A stretch of 62,889 nucleotides of DNA, filler included, from Collodictyon triciliatum (GCA_043381765.1; 35 parts of 35 records of this genome joined end to end with filler, not necessarily neighbours in it), one strand, 5' to 3'. Numbered from the whole stretch's first letter, positions 39,655 to 51,660 are shown. Program-made: numbers and translations. The notes: generated by a model not told the origin, from the sequence alone.

Positions 39655-39734
39655 ACTGTATATTTCCACACGCGCTCTATCACAAGCACACAGGTCATCA
39701 ACAAGGATATAATAGTAACTGCGTCCATACACAT
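39655..39734 (-). CDS. Small hydrophobic (single-TM) ORF start immediately downstream of the capsid gene, truncated by contig end
   Basis: ATG 9 nt after the MCP stop: MCMDAVTIISLLMTCVLVIERVWKYT... Confidence 0.55.
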
Positions 39735-39743
39735 ATTAGAAAA

Positions 39744-41303
39744 TTATTCCACTCGGAACGTTTGTTGATTACTCTGGATTTCAAGCACGGCGTCATACAG
39801 ACTAGCTACCAATACATTGTATGACTTTGTTGCACTGTTATCTTCAAACTCTAATCTTAGCGACATTAGCCCTGACCCGCTACTCTGGATATCTGTACCG
39901 ACTATTTCCCCTTCGGCTATGTCTAAAACTTTTTTAAGATTAAAGCCTAGCATAAACTCACAAGGATTCTCACATCCCTCACGCAAAAATCTGGCGACTG
40001 CTGGGTCATCATCATCTTCCAATGCTGTGCCATCACCTTGTCTACACGCAGAATATGTAGTATCAACAATCTGTGCTCCCACCCCACCATATGGTGCCAC
40101 AATATTAACACCTCTTTTTTTGAATTCAGCTGGCGCGGCTCCGCCAAATCCGGTTAGTAAATTAAACTGACGATCAATAGGTGGTTTAACAAAATGTTGG
40201 CCGTCATAACCAAACGGCCCTGTATATTCACTTCTAACAAAAGTCAGACCCATTGCTTTCTGTACCTCTAGAAATACTTGACTTGCTCCATTCAAACAGT
40301 CCATTGGCTGGAGAGGATAATAGAAGCTACCTAGTTGAAGCTGCGCCGTCTTTAGTTTCTGAGGGAAATGCTTTCGGTCACGACCCGGTATCAAAATCTT
40401 TCCCTGCTCGGCAGCATCAAAAAATGCAACATAGACAGCATTTAACGATTTCACAGTATCGTTAATATTGTAAACTATATTTTGTGTTGCAGCTGGTAGA
40501 CTGTAAAGACTCGTGCGCCAAGTCTTATACGGAATCTGGAGCGGTACTCCTCTGCTGATTGAGCTCTGAAGTTGAGCATGATACTCTGGGGCCATTCTAA
40601 CTAGATCGTATGTTATAAAACAATTTGTTACTTCATAAGTCGCTGTTGTATCAGGCGTACTCAATCCATTAGCAACAGTACCATCGCGTCTATATGCCTG
40701 CATGCATTGATTAGCAGGAGCTAATTCTATTTCGATTTGAAAGGCAGCCGTTGAATCAATCAGTGATGTACTAATTAATCCCGAATACTGAGAGATTCCT
40801 GACAATCTCAAAGGTATCGTATAATTTTTTTTGACTAGAGCTGAATTAAAGTCATGAAGCGTTAGTCTGTGATTAAAAATTCGGTCATAGGAATCTCCGA
40901 TTCCCATTGTCGCTGCACCTACACATTTGTTGTAGTCATCAGCCACATAATTCATAAACATACTATCTAGGTAGTTATACCGTTGTATATCCTCTAAAAG
41001 GAAACTTGTACCTTTCCTAATTCGGAGTGTTTGAATAATTGATTCAATTGAGTTGTTGAAAAAGTAATCATGTGTGTTGGCTGCTCCAGTTCCTACAACG
41101 GGTATGATGTCAAAGTGAATCATCAATGTGTCCATATCTATTTCCATTCCAGTTTCGGAAGGAATATTCCACAGAATTCTGTCTACTTTAGTTGGACCAA
41201 AGACACCACCGTTGAAAGGCGTTATGCGAGTTGTGTGGCGGGCTAAAACTTTGTCATTGTAGTTCCGAATCTTCATATACTTTGCTTCGCTAGGGTACTC
41301 CAT
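39744..41303 (-). CDS. Polinton-like virus-type double jelly-roll major capsid protein, 519 aa, complete and intronless
   Basis: Motif order YPSEAKY...ITPFNGGVFGP...SIESIIQTLRI...LLEDIQRYNYL...YTIPL...FQIEIELA...YEVTNCFITYDLV...IPYKTW...VKSLNAVYVAF...AQLQLGSFYYPLQP...FMLGFNL...LYDAVLEI is typical of PLV MCPs. Confidence 0.8.
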   Translation of the reverse strand: MEYPSEAKYMKIRNYNDKVLARHTTRITPFNGGVFGPTKVDRILWNIPSETGMEIDMDTLMIHFDIIPVVGTGAANTHDYFFNNSIESIIQTLRIRKGTSFLLEDIQRYNYLDSMFMNYVADDYNKCVGAATMGIGDSYDRIFNHRLTLHDFNSALVKKNYTIPLRLSGISQYSGLISTSLIDSTAAFQIEIELAPANQCMQAYRRDGTVANGLSTPDTTATYEVTNCFITYDLVRMAPEYHAQLQSSISRGVPLQIPYKTWRTSLYSLPAATQNIVYNINDTVKSLNAVYVAFFDAAEQGKILIPGRDRKHFPQKLKTAQLQLGSFYYPLQPMDCLNGASQVFLEVQKAMGLTFVRSEYTGPFGYDGQHFVKPPIDRQFNLLTGFGGAAPAEFKKRGVNIVAPYGGVGAQIVDTTYSACRQGDGTALEDDDDPAVARFLREGCENPCEFMLGFNLKKVLDIAEGEIVGTDIQSSGSGLMSLRLEFEDNSATKSYNVLVASLYDAVLEIQSNQQTFRVE

Positions 41304-41452
41304 AACATACCTGAGAAATTAATTTCAAATCAAACGCAATAAAATAAAGGGGNNNNNNNNNNNNNNNNNNNNNNNNNNNNNNNNNNNNNNNNNNNNTTAA
41401 TTAATTAANNNNNNNNNNNNNNNNNNNNNNNNNNNNNNNNNNNNNNNNNNNN

Positions 41453-42276
41453 CCCATTCAGATTGACGTGAATATGGTTAATACAGGAGGCCTCAAGGCA
41501 GTCTTCGTTACTTATCCGAAAGGATACTCCAAAGCGAAGGCAACACAAGAACCAGCGCCCACCAAAGATAGTCCGTTTATCCTGCCCTAGCCCGTCGCAC
41601 CGAGAACAAAGGAGCAAGAGCAAACGCCACAAGTCGAATCCAAGCTTGGAACTTCACACACTAAAGGCAGTCCGAGTAAGCAGGAGCGTATGTTTCTAAA
41701 ACCAAAAACGCGTAGCCATACTCCGGTTAAGCAAAGTCCACTGCCGGCTACGCATGGTCCCGATACCAGGGGACAGTCAAGCGCCACTTCCGATAATGCC
41801 AGACTAACAACGATGTGTCGCTTTTTGTCTGAGTCGCCCAGCAAGAAACGCAAGGAAAGTGACCCGATGTCCCTCAAAAGACTCATCCTGTGGAGTGAAA
41901 TAGGATGTAAACCTTGTCCGAGAAAGATGGTTGAAAGGACTCGTCGGAATCGATTTGAGAAGTAACTGCCATGTGCGTACTTTCATCGACCCGACAACTT
42001 TATCCGCTCTTCTGTCTGTCTCGAATACAACCAGAAATCGCGTAGGAGCTGATTCACCTCGGGTAGAATAGTCTGCGCGTGAAAACAATTTCACTCCTTT
42101 CTATATTTTTTTCTTTTATTTTTCTTTTTTTCTTTCACCCAAAACACAAATACTCCAACCACACAATCCAGTGTTTCCACTGTCTCGTCCACAACTCATT
42201 CTTGTCCTAGAGGCGAAGGAGGTTTCCTCGGCTTTGTTTTCTCTCAATAAACTGTTTAAATGAAGTAAAAAAAAAA
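41453..42276 (+). mobile_element. Family B non-LTR element, 3' half (ORF1 C-terminus joined directly to a short tail, AATAAA, poly(A))
   Basis: 41453-41696 matches 48640-48883 (minus); 41900-42260 matches 46845-47200 and in part 21466-21565. Confidence 0.85.
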
Positions 42277-42339
42277 CATTCTACACCTTAAACGAGCAAC
42301 AGAAGGAGATTACCAGAAGACATAAGGATGGGACAGCTT

Positions 42340-42900
42340 CTACCCACTGCGCCTGTTGCGTTGTCCTAGACTGACAAGATAAGTTTGCGTTATGCTGCAA
42401 AGGTTGCGCGAACTCGAGACACAGCAGTGGCGACACAGGCGTGCGAAGCAGTAAATCTTATGCTTGTGCCGGCTTATTATTCGCCCACAACTCACAAAGC
42501 GACAGTAACACAGCCGCGCTCTGTTCTGCAGTGGGAAAGGCGGAGGAGGCCAACCGAGGTGGACTGGAACCAGCCAAAGAAGCCTCTCATACGCATTAAA
42601 GAAGAGAGCCACTCAGCCGCAGCGCCCAGAAAACAAGAGAAACAAGACCAGAGGAGGTTGCGCGGTCTCTGCCAGGGAAGTACACAAAGGCATAAGCAGC
42701 ACATTTTTTCCGTTTTTATCCCTTGGGGGGAAGTGAGACAATGTTTAAGGTTTGCTTTGTTGTATAATCTGTGCCTTATTGCGTCAGAGGACAGCTTAGC
42801 AGCCCACACAAAGATACTTGTGTCTATTGGCGGCCAAGCAAACCTCCTAGTGCGAACAAGGTAGACAGGCTTTTGGCCCGGATACGTAGGCTGCTGTCCA
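42340..42900 (+). mobile_element. Possible old, decayed LINE ORF2 (post-RT) fragment
   Basis: SVLQWERRRRPTEVDWNQ...RIKEES resembles the F.W....V.W....K..GGL region; weak. Confidence 0.3.
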
Positions 42901-45241
42901 TAAGTGCTTGAGGCTTGAGCGAGTCTGTCCAGTTGTGCAGGAGGTGGGAATGAAACGCAAATGTGTCATTTTTTATTCTTGACTACTACCTGGTTAAAAA
43001 AACAAAAGGGGCTCTGTTTGCTCTCCCTATTTATGCTCTTCACACTCACCGCAGCGCAGCCTCCAAGCTCCCTACGCAAAGCTATCCCTCTGTGAGTCTC
43101 CCTTGTGGCCTCGGTTATGCGAGCAAAAGCATTGACGAGAAGAACACGAGNNNNNNNNNNNNNNNNNNNNNNNNNNNNNNNNNNNNNNNNNNNNTTAATT
43201 AATTAANNNNNNNNNNNNNNNNNNNNNNNNNNNNNNNNNNNNNNNNNNNNTTTTGTTTTTGTTTTTGTTTTTGTTTTTGTTTTTGTTTTTGTTTTTGTTT
43301 TTGTTTTTGTTTTTGTTTTTGTTTTTGTTTTTGTTTTTGTTTTTTGTTTACTTTTTTTCGAGCATCAGATCTGGACTGATTTAATGCCGATTATTCTGCC
43401 GTTTCCAATGTGTGGTCGCGCTAAGTAGACGCTAAGAAAACTATTATAGCGGGTCGAGCCCTTTGCAAAGATGTCAGCTGGAAAATGATGAACTCTAAGA
43501 GTATCTGCAGGGAAAGGAATCAATCCTCATGACTCATATATTCGTAATGATAATGCACTCTGTTTAACAATTTTGCGTTTTCTCTGACTCTGTGAGCTCA
43601 TGATGACGAATCTGCGATATATTTCGATTTTTTCCACATTTATTCAGCTACATTGGTTCGCTCAAAGCAGCAACGTCGAACTTTTTTTTTTTTATTCACG
43701 ACAGACTCAGCTGTCGGCGCCCATGCCAACAACCTTTTTTCAACCACCAAGCAAGTATTCCGAGGTAAAAAGGGGAAAGTGATGGCGGATGTGCCATCAG
43801 AGGAGTATAGAGATGGGGAATAGAGAAAAGAGAGAAGGGGATGAGAAGGAAGAAAAAAGGAGGTAAAGACCCTGGGGCTTGATAAGAGGCCCAGGGATTC
43901 CTTTCAGGATAGGACTTGTGGTGAAGTCCTTGGGAGAGGGAAAGTAGCGGGCTATTTCCCTTTATTCGATTCAAGGTAGAATGTGTGGTATGACTGACAA
44001 AATTCTTGGTGGGGCATTACTTCAATTAAGCGGGCACTGTGTAAGGATAGCAAATTGCCCGCGGTGGAAAGACTTTTCAGAGTGAAATAAAGTAAACTGA
44101 TAGGATGTAATAACTGAAGCGGGAAAAACAGCAAACTAATATTTAGAGCTCAGATGTTACAACAAATTTGTCCGTGGGAAGGATTATTGTTGTTGGAGGA
44201 AGGCTGAAGCTCAGTTCCCCGATGCTATCCAGAAACACTCTGTCCTCCTCGCTCGACACATCTTGTCCCTCATACTCGAAATACCCCACATTTGTCGCCA
44301 CCGCGATGTAAACAACGCTGGTTTTGCTGCAATGCTCCCCAATCACACGGTTCAGTATCTGTACCCATTACACAAATTACAGCTTGAATATTACTTTCTC
44401 GCGCAGTCCTCTCAGGCCACAAACGAGTCTTACATTATGATATGAACCAACCATACATTTCGGTGCTTCATCCCTCATGTCTTCGGCCCACCCCTTTCAA
44501 AAAATATATGCATACTATCTTATTCGGTCTCATGATGCGTGTAAAACTATACGCACCTTTGCTTTTTGGGTCGGTTTCATGCGAAGGAAGGTCGATTCAC
44601 ACCATTCGGCTGGTTGGTCTCTCCAATCTGCTTCCCTGCAAGTGCGTTTTTTATTGGTGTTGTTAATAACACATGATAAATATACGTCTCACCAATAGCA
44701 TCCATCAGATACATAAAAAGCATGACTCTGTTCATTTGTCTCGTGTTCTTGATATTTTTGTTATCCAGTAAGATGATACTTATGTTTTCATTCATACAGG
44801 TACTCGTCATTGTATGATTTACTTTATCGTTCATCTACACACTTGCCTATATTCTCGATGTCTTTGAATCGAATAAAGGAAAAATATTTTTGATGTCTGA
44901 CTGTTCTGTCACCATACTTTCACACTCATATTCATTTCATGTTGCTTNNNNNNNNNNNNNNNNNNNNNNNNNNNNNNNNNNNNNNNNNNNNTTAATTAAT
45001 TAANNNNNNNNNNNNNNNNNNNNNNNNNNNNNNNNNNNNNNNNNNNNATACAAACAAACAAACAAACAAACAAACAAACAAACAAACAAACAAACAAACA
45101 AACAAACAAACAAACAAACAAACAAACAAACAAACAAACAAACAAACAGAAAAATTCGAATACTTAATTGATAATTTAAAATATTAAAAGGCCTTGCATG
45201 TCTAAGATATCACTCAATTTTGACTGGAAAAATGTATTCAG

Positions 45242-46480
45242 CGGACGAGAAAATGTGCCTTTATATTACGAATGGCATCAAAAATCGTATGTCGGAGCTG
45301 CACATGGGGTGGCAGGAATTCTGTACGTATTGATGAACTGTCCTGAGGTTCTAGGTCTTTATGATGAAATACATCGATGTCCCTGTTATTTATCTTTTTA
45401 TTATAATTTCTTTGCTGTGTGTTTAACTAGTATTCAATTCCTTTCTTTTTACATTCGTTTTATCTGGGATTCGATCGTGGATATTGTTTCAATAAATTCC
45501 AATTATTACACTATGAAGCTGGGGAGCATGAATATTAAATTGTTATAATATCAGATGAACCAAGTGTAAGGCTGGATGTAAAAAACACACTGGATATGCT
45601 AATCACTCAACGGTACCCATCAGGAAATTTTAATTCGTCAGGTGACTTCAAAGGCATATATAAGTTCTTAATCTTTCTCAATGTTTGTTTAATCCTTGGC
45701 ATATTCTCAATATTTTGTGTGTTATTTGTATTATTTGTTTCACTTATTTTATTTCCTGAGATATGCGTCTTATACCTCTAGTTGGTTCTGTGAAAGATAA
45801 ACTTGTACAATGGTACCGTTTTGCTGTTCATCTAATTAACTAAGAAAAGCCGACTACCTATTATTTTTCCAATTTCACGGTGCCACATCATTCTTGTATG
45901 GATATTCGATTCAAAGAATGGACATGCAAAACTTATCTCACGCACGGACTCTAATAGACATCTTTTGTATAAACCAGGTGTCACGGCTCTCCGGGTGTGA
46001 TTCCTACCTTGTGTAAAGGATATGAGGTTGATTTTAGTGTCAAAAAATGAATTAGTATCCAGAATTATTCAAAATAATGGTCTGTTACTACAGATATATG
46101 GTGATAGGAAGTATATCGATATTGCTGAGACATGTTCTGAAGACTTGTGGAACCGAGGGCTGCTAACTAAAGTAATCCACAATCAACCCCAAAGACTAAT
46201 ACCTAATGCCGCATTTTGTTGTCAGCCCAGTTAATTATTTGAATTGACAGGGCACTGGTCTTTGCCATGGAATAAGTGGCAATACCTACTGCTTCATCAG
46301 CCTCTATCGCACCACAAGAAATGCAAAATACGTATTATTTTCCATCTGCATTTAAACATTTGTAACATTTTTATGAGAATATAACCCGGATAATCGCCCT
46401 GGGTTTATCGCCATCCTGAAGCTTTAAAAGAAAAAAATCCACAATGTCGTATCACAGCTTCACAGAGCCTTCCAATATGT
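45242..46480 (+). CDS. LANCL: LanC-like protein (LanCL/GCR2 family), internal exons
   Basis: [65 protein letters not shown]: Zn-binding WCHG and LCHG motifs. Confidence 0.92.
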
Positions 46481-46844
46481 GTTATTTGCATGTGCTCTTC
46501 AAACAGAGTTTGTGTTGTATTTAATGTCCTTTTGAACACAAACACTTTACAGATTAGACGATATCATTCTTTTTCTTTTTATTCGTTTTATTCTTTTTAT
46601 TCTTTTTATTCTTTTTATTCTTTTTTATTCTTTTTTATTCTTTTTTATTCTTTTTTATTCTTTTTTATTCTTTTTTATTCTTTTTTATTCTTTTTTATTC
46701 TTTTTATTCTTTTTATTCTTTTTATTCTTTTTATTCTTTTTATTNNNNNNNNNNNNNNNNNNNNNNNNNNNNNNNNNNNNNNNNNNNNTTAATTAATTAA
46801 NNNNNNNNNNNNNNNNNNNNNNNNNNNNNNNNNNNNNNNNNNNN

Positions 46845-47205
46845 AGGATGTAAACCTTGTCTGAGATGGATGGTTGAAAGGACTCGTCGGAATCGATTTG
46901 AGAAGTAACTGCCATGTGCGTACTTTCATCGACCCGACAACTTTATCCGCTCTTCTGTCAGTCTCGAATACAACCAGAAATCGCGTTGGAGTTGATTCTC
47001 CTCGGGTAGAATAGTCTGCGTAGGAGAACACTTTCTCTTCTTTCTATTTTCCTTTTTCTTTTTCTTTTTTCCTTCCACCCAAAACACAAAAACTCCAGCC
47101 ACACAATCCGGGGTTTCCACTGTCTCGTCCACAGCTCATTTTGGTCTTAGAGGCGAAGACAGTCTCCTCGGCTTTATTTTTTGATAATAAACTGTTGAAT
47201 TGAAA
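46845..47205 (+). mobile_element. Family B element 3' end
   Basis: Near-identical to 41900-42265. Confidence 0.88.
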
Positions 47206-48639
47206 CAAAATAAACATGCTTCTAATATTCGACAGAATCTGAACCTCTCTTGAAAGTTTGTTGCACAGAATAGTTAACAGACAACCTGAAGGTACCAAAG
47301 CACTGGTGAGTCTTGAAATCCTGGATATTATAAACAACCAGGTGAGATAGATATGACTGGTAACAAAATTTGAACAGCTAAAAGTCAGTTGCTGGTGATT
47401 ATCCACCAGATTATCTGTGCTGATTTCCATAGAGCTTTAAACCTAGTTGGAGCACAGAGACCGAAAATCGAAAAAAAGAGGTGGTTTAAGCTCCAGTATC
47501 TCGCGCTGGGCTTGGTAAAAGTGAGAAAATGCGGGTGTTTGAAGTTGAAGCAGATACCATCAAATCTGGGAAATGCCCACAAAGGATGTGTTGATTTAAT
47601 CAATCTAGATCCAACGCTTTACTTATACAAGTACACAAACGGACTAAAAGAACAATCTGTTTTCGCTGAAGCCTTGTTGACCTCAGGCCCAACCGCCGGA
47701 GGTTGATACTGCTATGCATTTATGAAGGGGCTGAATCCAAAGCAACACTTCTTTCTGAAAAGAAAATCATGTTAATAATAGTATGCGACACGACATGTTA
47801 TCCATTTCGAAGTGTTTGAAACAAGAGCTTTTCATTTGATGAAGAGTATTAAGGTATCTTAGACATCGTTAGCGAACCAGGGCCGACAAAAGGATTAGAA
47901 ATGCCGTTTTTTTAATATAATAATGTAAGAATCCTCTTGTGGGTTACCTATAGAATTATGTTGATTAATCAAGAAGGTTAGGGTTGCAGCATGATTCGAT
48001 TGATTGTTAACTCCGGTATCGGAGTTTAAAAATAGTGCTGTATGTGCATTACTCCTAATTTTCCTTTTTTTTCTTTGTATCACTTTTTTTCTTTAATAAA
48101 GAAATGTTCTTTTGTTGTGGAAAGAACAGATATTTGTACGGTATCACATGTGGGCATTGAGCAATATGAACAGGGAAATCGACTCAGCTATGTGTTCATT
48201 GTCAGCGGCCGAAATAGCTCATACAATTAGAAGAATAATTATTGGGATGTATTTTTTATCACGTGTGATGTTGTCTATTTATTTTCTTGTTAGTATGTAA
48301 TTATACACTATAATTTCCAGAAGAAGGCAGACCACAACAAAAATCAAAAAACACAAATCAAAAAACACAAAACACAAAACACAAAACACAAAACACAAAA
48401 CAAAAAACACAAAAACACAATAACACAAAAACACAATAACACAATAACACAATAACACAATAACACAATAACACAATAACACAATAACACAATAACACAA
48501 TAACACAATAACACAATAACACAATAACACAATAACACANNNNNNNNNNNNNNNNNNNNNNNNNNNNNNNNNNNNNNNNNNNNTTAATTAATTAANNNNN
48601 NNNNNNNNNNNNNNNNNNNNNNNNNNNNNNNNNNNNNNN

Positions 48640-49807
48640 GAAACATACGCTCCTGCTTGCTCGGACTGTCTTTAGTGTGTGAAGTTCCAAGCTTGGATTC
48701 GACTTGTGCTGTTTGCTCTTGCTCCTTGGTTCTCGGTGTGACGGGCTGGAGCAGGGTAAACGGACTATCTTTGGTGGGCGCTGGTTCTTGTGTTGCCTTC
48801 GCTTTGGAGTATCCTTTCGGATAAGTAACGAAGACTGCCTTGAGGCATCCTATGTTAACCATATTCATGTCAGTCTGAATGGGTAGTTTAAGGGGGGTTT
48901 CTTTCGGGGTTTGGATATACACTGCTCTTGGGTCTTGCGATGTGCGGGCTTGTCCGGGCTTGTCCTTGGTGGACTCGAGTGCGAGGATTCTGAAGAGGAA
49001 CCGAGATTTCCCTTCCATGTCATCGTCGCTGTCGCTGTATGTGCGTATCTGCTGTGAGTCTTGCGGACTGTGTTGTTGCCTGGCCTTGGCTTCCTTGACC
49101 CAGTTGCTGCTTGTCTGCTTGGCAGGTGTATTCTTATGCGGGGCTTTTACTTGTCGTTCGTTGTTCGAGGCTGGCGGACGCTCTTTGAGGATACGCTTTG
49201 GACACTTTTTACCCATGACCGTAAACTTTGCAGGGAGCTGGTTCTTGTGACAAAGAAGCTTCACCACGGCCGTGTCTGTGAAAAAGCCTTTGTCCTTTTT
49301 GATCTCCACGTGGGTCGGTCTGAACGGCTTCACCTCCTCACTAAGGTGTTGCGGCCACACGCCCAGCGGTAGTTGGTAGATCATCACCGAGGTCTCTGTT
49401 GGTTTACTTCTGCTGAAGCTGATCGTAATATCGATCAAACTTACCTGCTTCGGCCCCAGAAGCTTTCGGGCGTTTTCTACAGTGCGGAAGGCAATCAGGC
49501 AAAGGCATTCGCTGTCCGGCAAGCGCAATTGGATGGACTCTTCCCAAGTTTTTTTTTTTTCAAGAAGAAGGCGAGCGCATCTGTGAGCCTGCGGGCCTTG
49601 TTCTTGTTGTAAACGACTTGCTCGACCCCGTGCAAAAATACTGTCCGCTCAGACAGACTTGCAGGCGGCTTCCTTGCACTTCAATGTTGTTGGCCTTTGT
49701 GACCTTTGCATATGGACTTGTGGAATGACACAGTTTCGAGTTATGTCCAGCCGAGAATGTCATGTATGGAGGGCCACCAAGTGCGTGGAGAGAGCGGCGA
49801 GCAGGGA
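48640..49807 (-). mobile_element. Family B element 5' half encoding an L1/Tx1-type ORF1 (RRM-like), frameshifted
   Basis: ERTVFLHGV...TSVMIYQLPLGVWPQHLSEEVKPF...GFFTDTAVVKL...LPAKFTVMGKKC is ORF1-like; overlaps the 41453 copy. Confidence 0.7.
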
Positions 49808-50469
49808 AAAAATAAATAAATAGGAAAATAAGCAGATACTTGAACGAATGGTGTTAGCAAGGCATATTGGCAAAATACAAGAAGATGCCGATGCTGCTCG
49901 CACACTACGAACAAGCCTGGCTAAAGGACATAATCGCTCTGGGCAGAGTTTGGAGCTTGTTATGTGGGTTTATTGCGTCCAGGTGGTCCGTCTTTGTTGG
50001 CCGGGCGTGTGTATGTGTGTGGATTCTCCCACCTTGGGGGGCGTTTATGACTGTGGTGTTTGTGCCTTTATGACTGGTACTTGGAGCGTGGGCCTAGTAG
50101 GGGTGGATGATGGATTGGTTGCTTGGTTGGGGTGGAGAGAAGGGTTCAGAATTGTGTTTGTAAGAAGGCGGTGCGGTTGTTTCTGAATATGTTGGGTATC
50201 AAACCAGAGCTGAAGCTCAAATGAAGTGGGCGGTCATCATAGCCATACTTTTGGCGCAGTGGAGGGACAACCAGAACCATAAGCGGTCCTATTATTATCC
50301 ATATTCTTTTTTTATTTGTTCTTGTTTTTTTTTTNNNNNNNNNNNNNNNNNNNNNNNNNNNNNNNNNNNNNNNNNNNNTTAATTAATTAANNNNNNNNNN
50401 NNNNNNNNNNNNNNNNNNNNNNNNNNNNNNNNNNCAGCCCCCCCAGCCCCCCCAGCCCCCCCATCATCC

Positions 50470-50678
50470 GCACAAAGGGGCAAATACAGTGGTTATGGTA
50501 TAGAGCAAACGCGAGTAAGAGAAGACGCTACCGTGGAGAGGGAAACAAGTGGAAAGATATCAGTGATAGCGAGCTAGTCAGGTGGGCGACCCAACTGGTT
50601 GATTGGTTGCGTGGGTAGCAGGTTGGATATGCTGTGGGAGATATCGCACGACACATTCCCATATCTCTCTTCGCTTGC
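50470..50678 (-). mobile_element. 5'-truncated LINE family A fragment
   Basis: Reverse complement matches 28897-29105. Confidence 0.85.
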
Positions 50679-50679
50679 C

Positions 50680-50994
50680 ATTGCAGAGTTCAACTAACCA
50701 AACACACATGAGCGCCTACGATGTTACAATTTTGAAGCTGTGGTTGCGGAGCAAATCCTCATTCACCGCAGACACTCTACTACGCCACATTCCTCAGCGA
50801 GGTCGGCGGGGTGATGGTGGGCACATCAACAGGAATAGAGAGACATGAAGAGATGAGAGAGGGGTGTCTCGATGACAAACAGAAAGCAGAAGGTCGCCAA
50901 TTGGCGGACATCTTTCCTCCACACTGAGCCAACAAGAGTCTCCCTGGGCACCGTGCCTCTTTGAGCATCGCCCCTCCGTAACTGTGCAAGACAC

Positions 50995-51048
<54 letters not shown>

Positions 51049-51660
51049 GGGCACATAGGAAGGGAGGCTTGGTCATGTTCGGTGCATCAAAATCAGCATC
51101 AACATCAGTGCCGAAGCACCCGCCAAGGAGAAGGTTGTGCTGGCCCACTCGAGCAGCATCGACACGTCCTGCATCCTCGAGTGGCTTTTGGGCAGGGCTA
51201 CTAGGTCTACTGCTGCATTGCCAATATCGGCCAGGACAAGGTAGAAGCGGCCTATTTGTCTCCTGTTTTGCTTCTGCGCGCTCGCCTTCCGCACGCTTCA
51301 TGCCATTTCAAAGCACTCCGGAAAAAAGAAAAAAGAAAGCACAAGATATACAACAAAAACCCCGCACTGAAAAATAATGAGTTTGAGGCAGCGCGGGAGA
51401 AGGTTCTCAAGATTGAAGCGTGCCAGATGTTAGTGAAGGACATGTAGAAGAAGGTCATCGCAGACTTTATCTTCCCGGCAAACCAAGCAAACTGCATCTA
51501 CGAGAGCCGGTACCTGCATGGGACGTTGCTAGTGTGGCCGACGATAGCGCACCACCAGTTGCGCTTCCAGTTGCCCATCTTCGTTTTGGACTCGATGCTG
51601 GGCATCATCGCTCCGAGGCGGCTGCCCAGGTCCTTTACGTACTCTCAGGGCCATTCTACT
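50680..51660 (+). mobile_element. Possible decayed LINE ORF2 remnant interrupted by a T50 run
   Basis: GC-richer, intronless, with ILKLWL... and RKGGLVM motifs; weak. Confidence 0.25.

Noticed and set aside
41304-41330. TTTCTCAG|GTATGT upstream of the capsid ATG as evidence of splicing or domestication
   Set aside because: The ORF already starts with a typical MCP N-terminus; the site is ambiguous (acceptor or donor) without RNA data.
39655-42276. Capsid gene next to the family B retroelement as one composite system
   Set aside because: Separated by an artificial spacer; contigs are ordered by size, so linkage is unsupported.
43480-43610. C/D snoRNA-like ATGATGA...CTGA boxes
   Set aside because: No terminal stem or recognisable guide; the minus strand reads as a plausible small spliced ORF instead.
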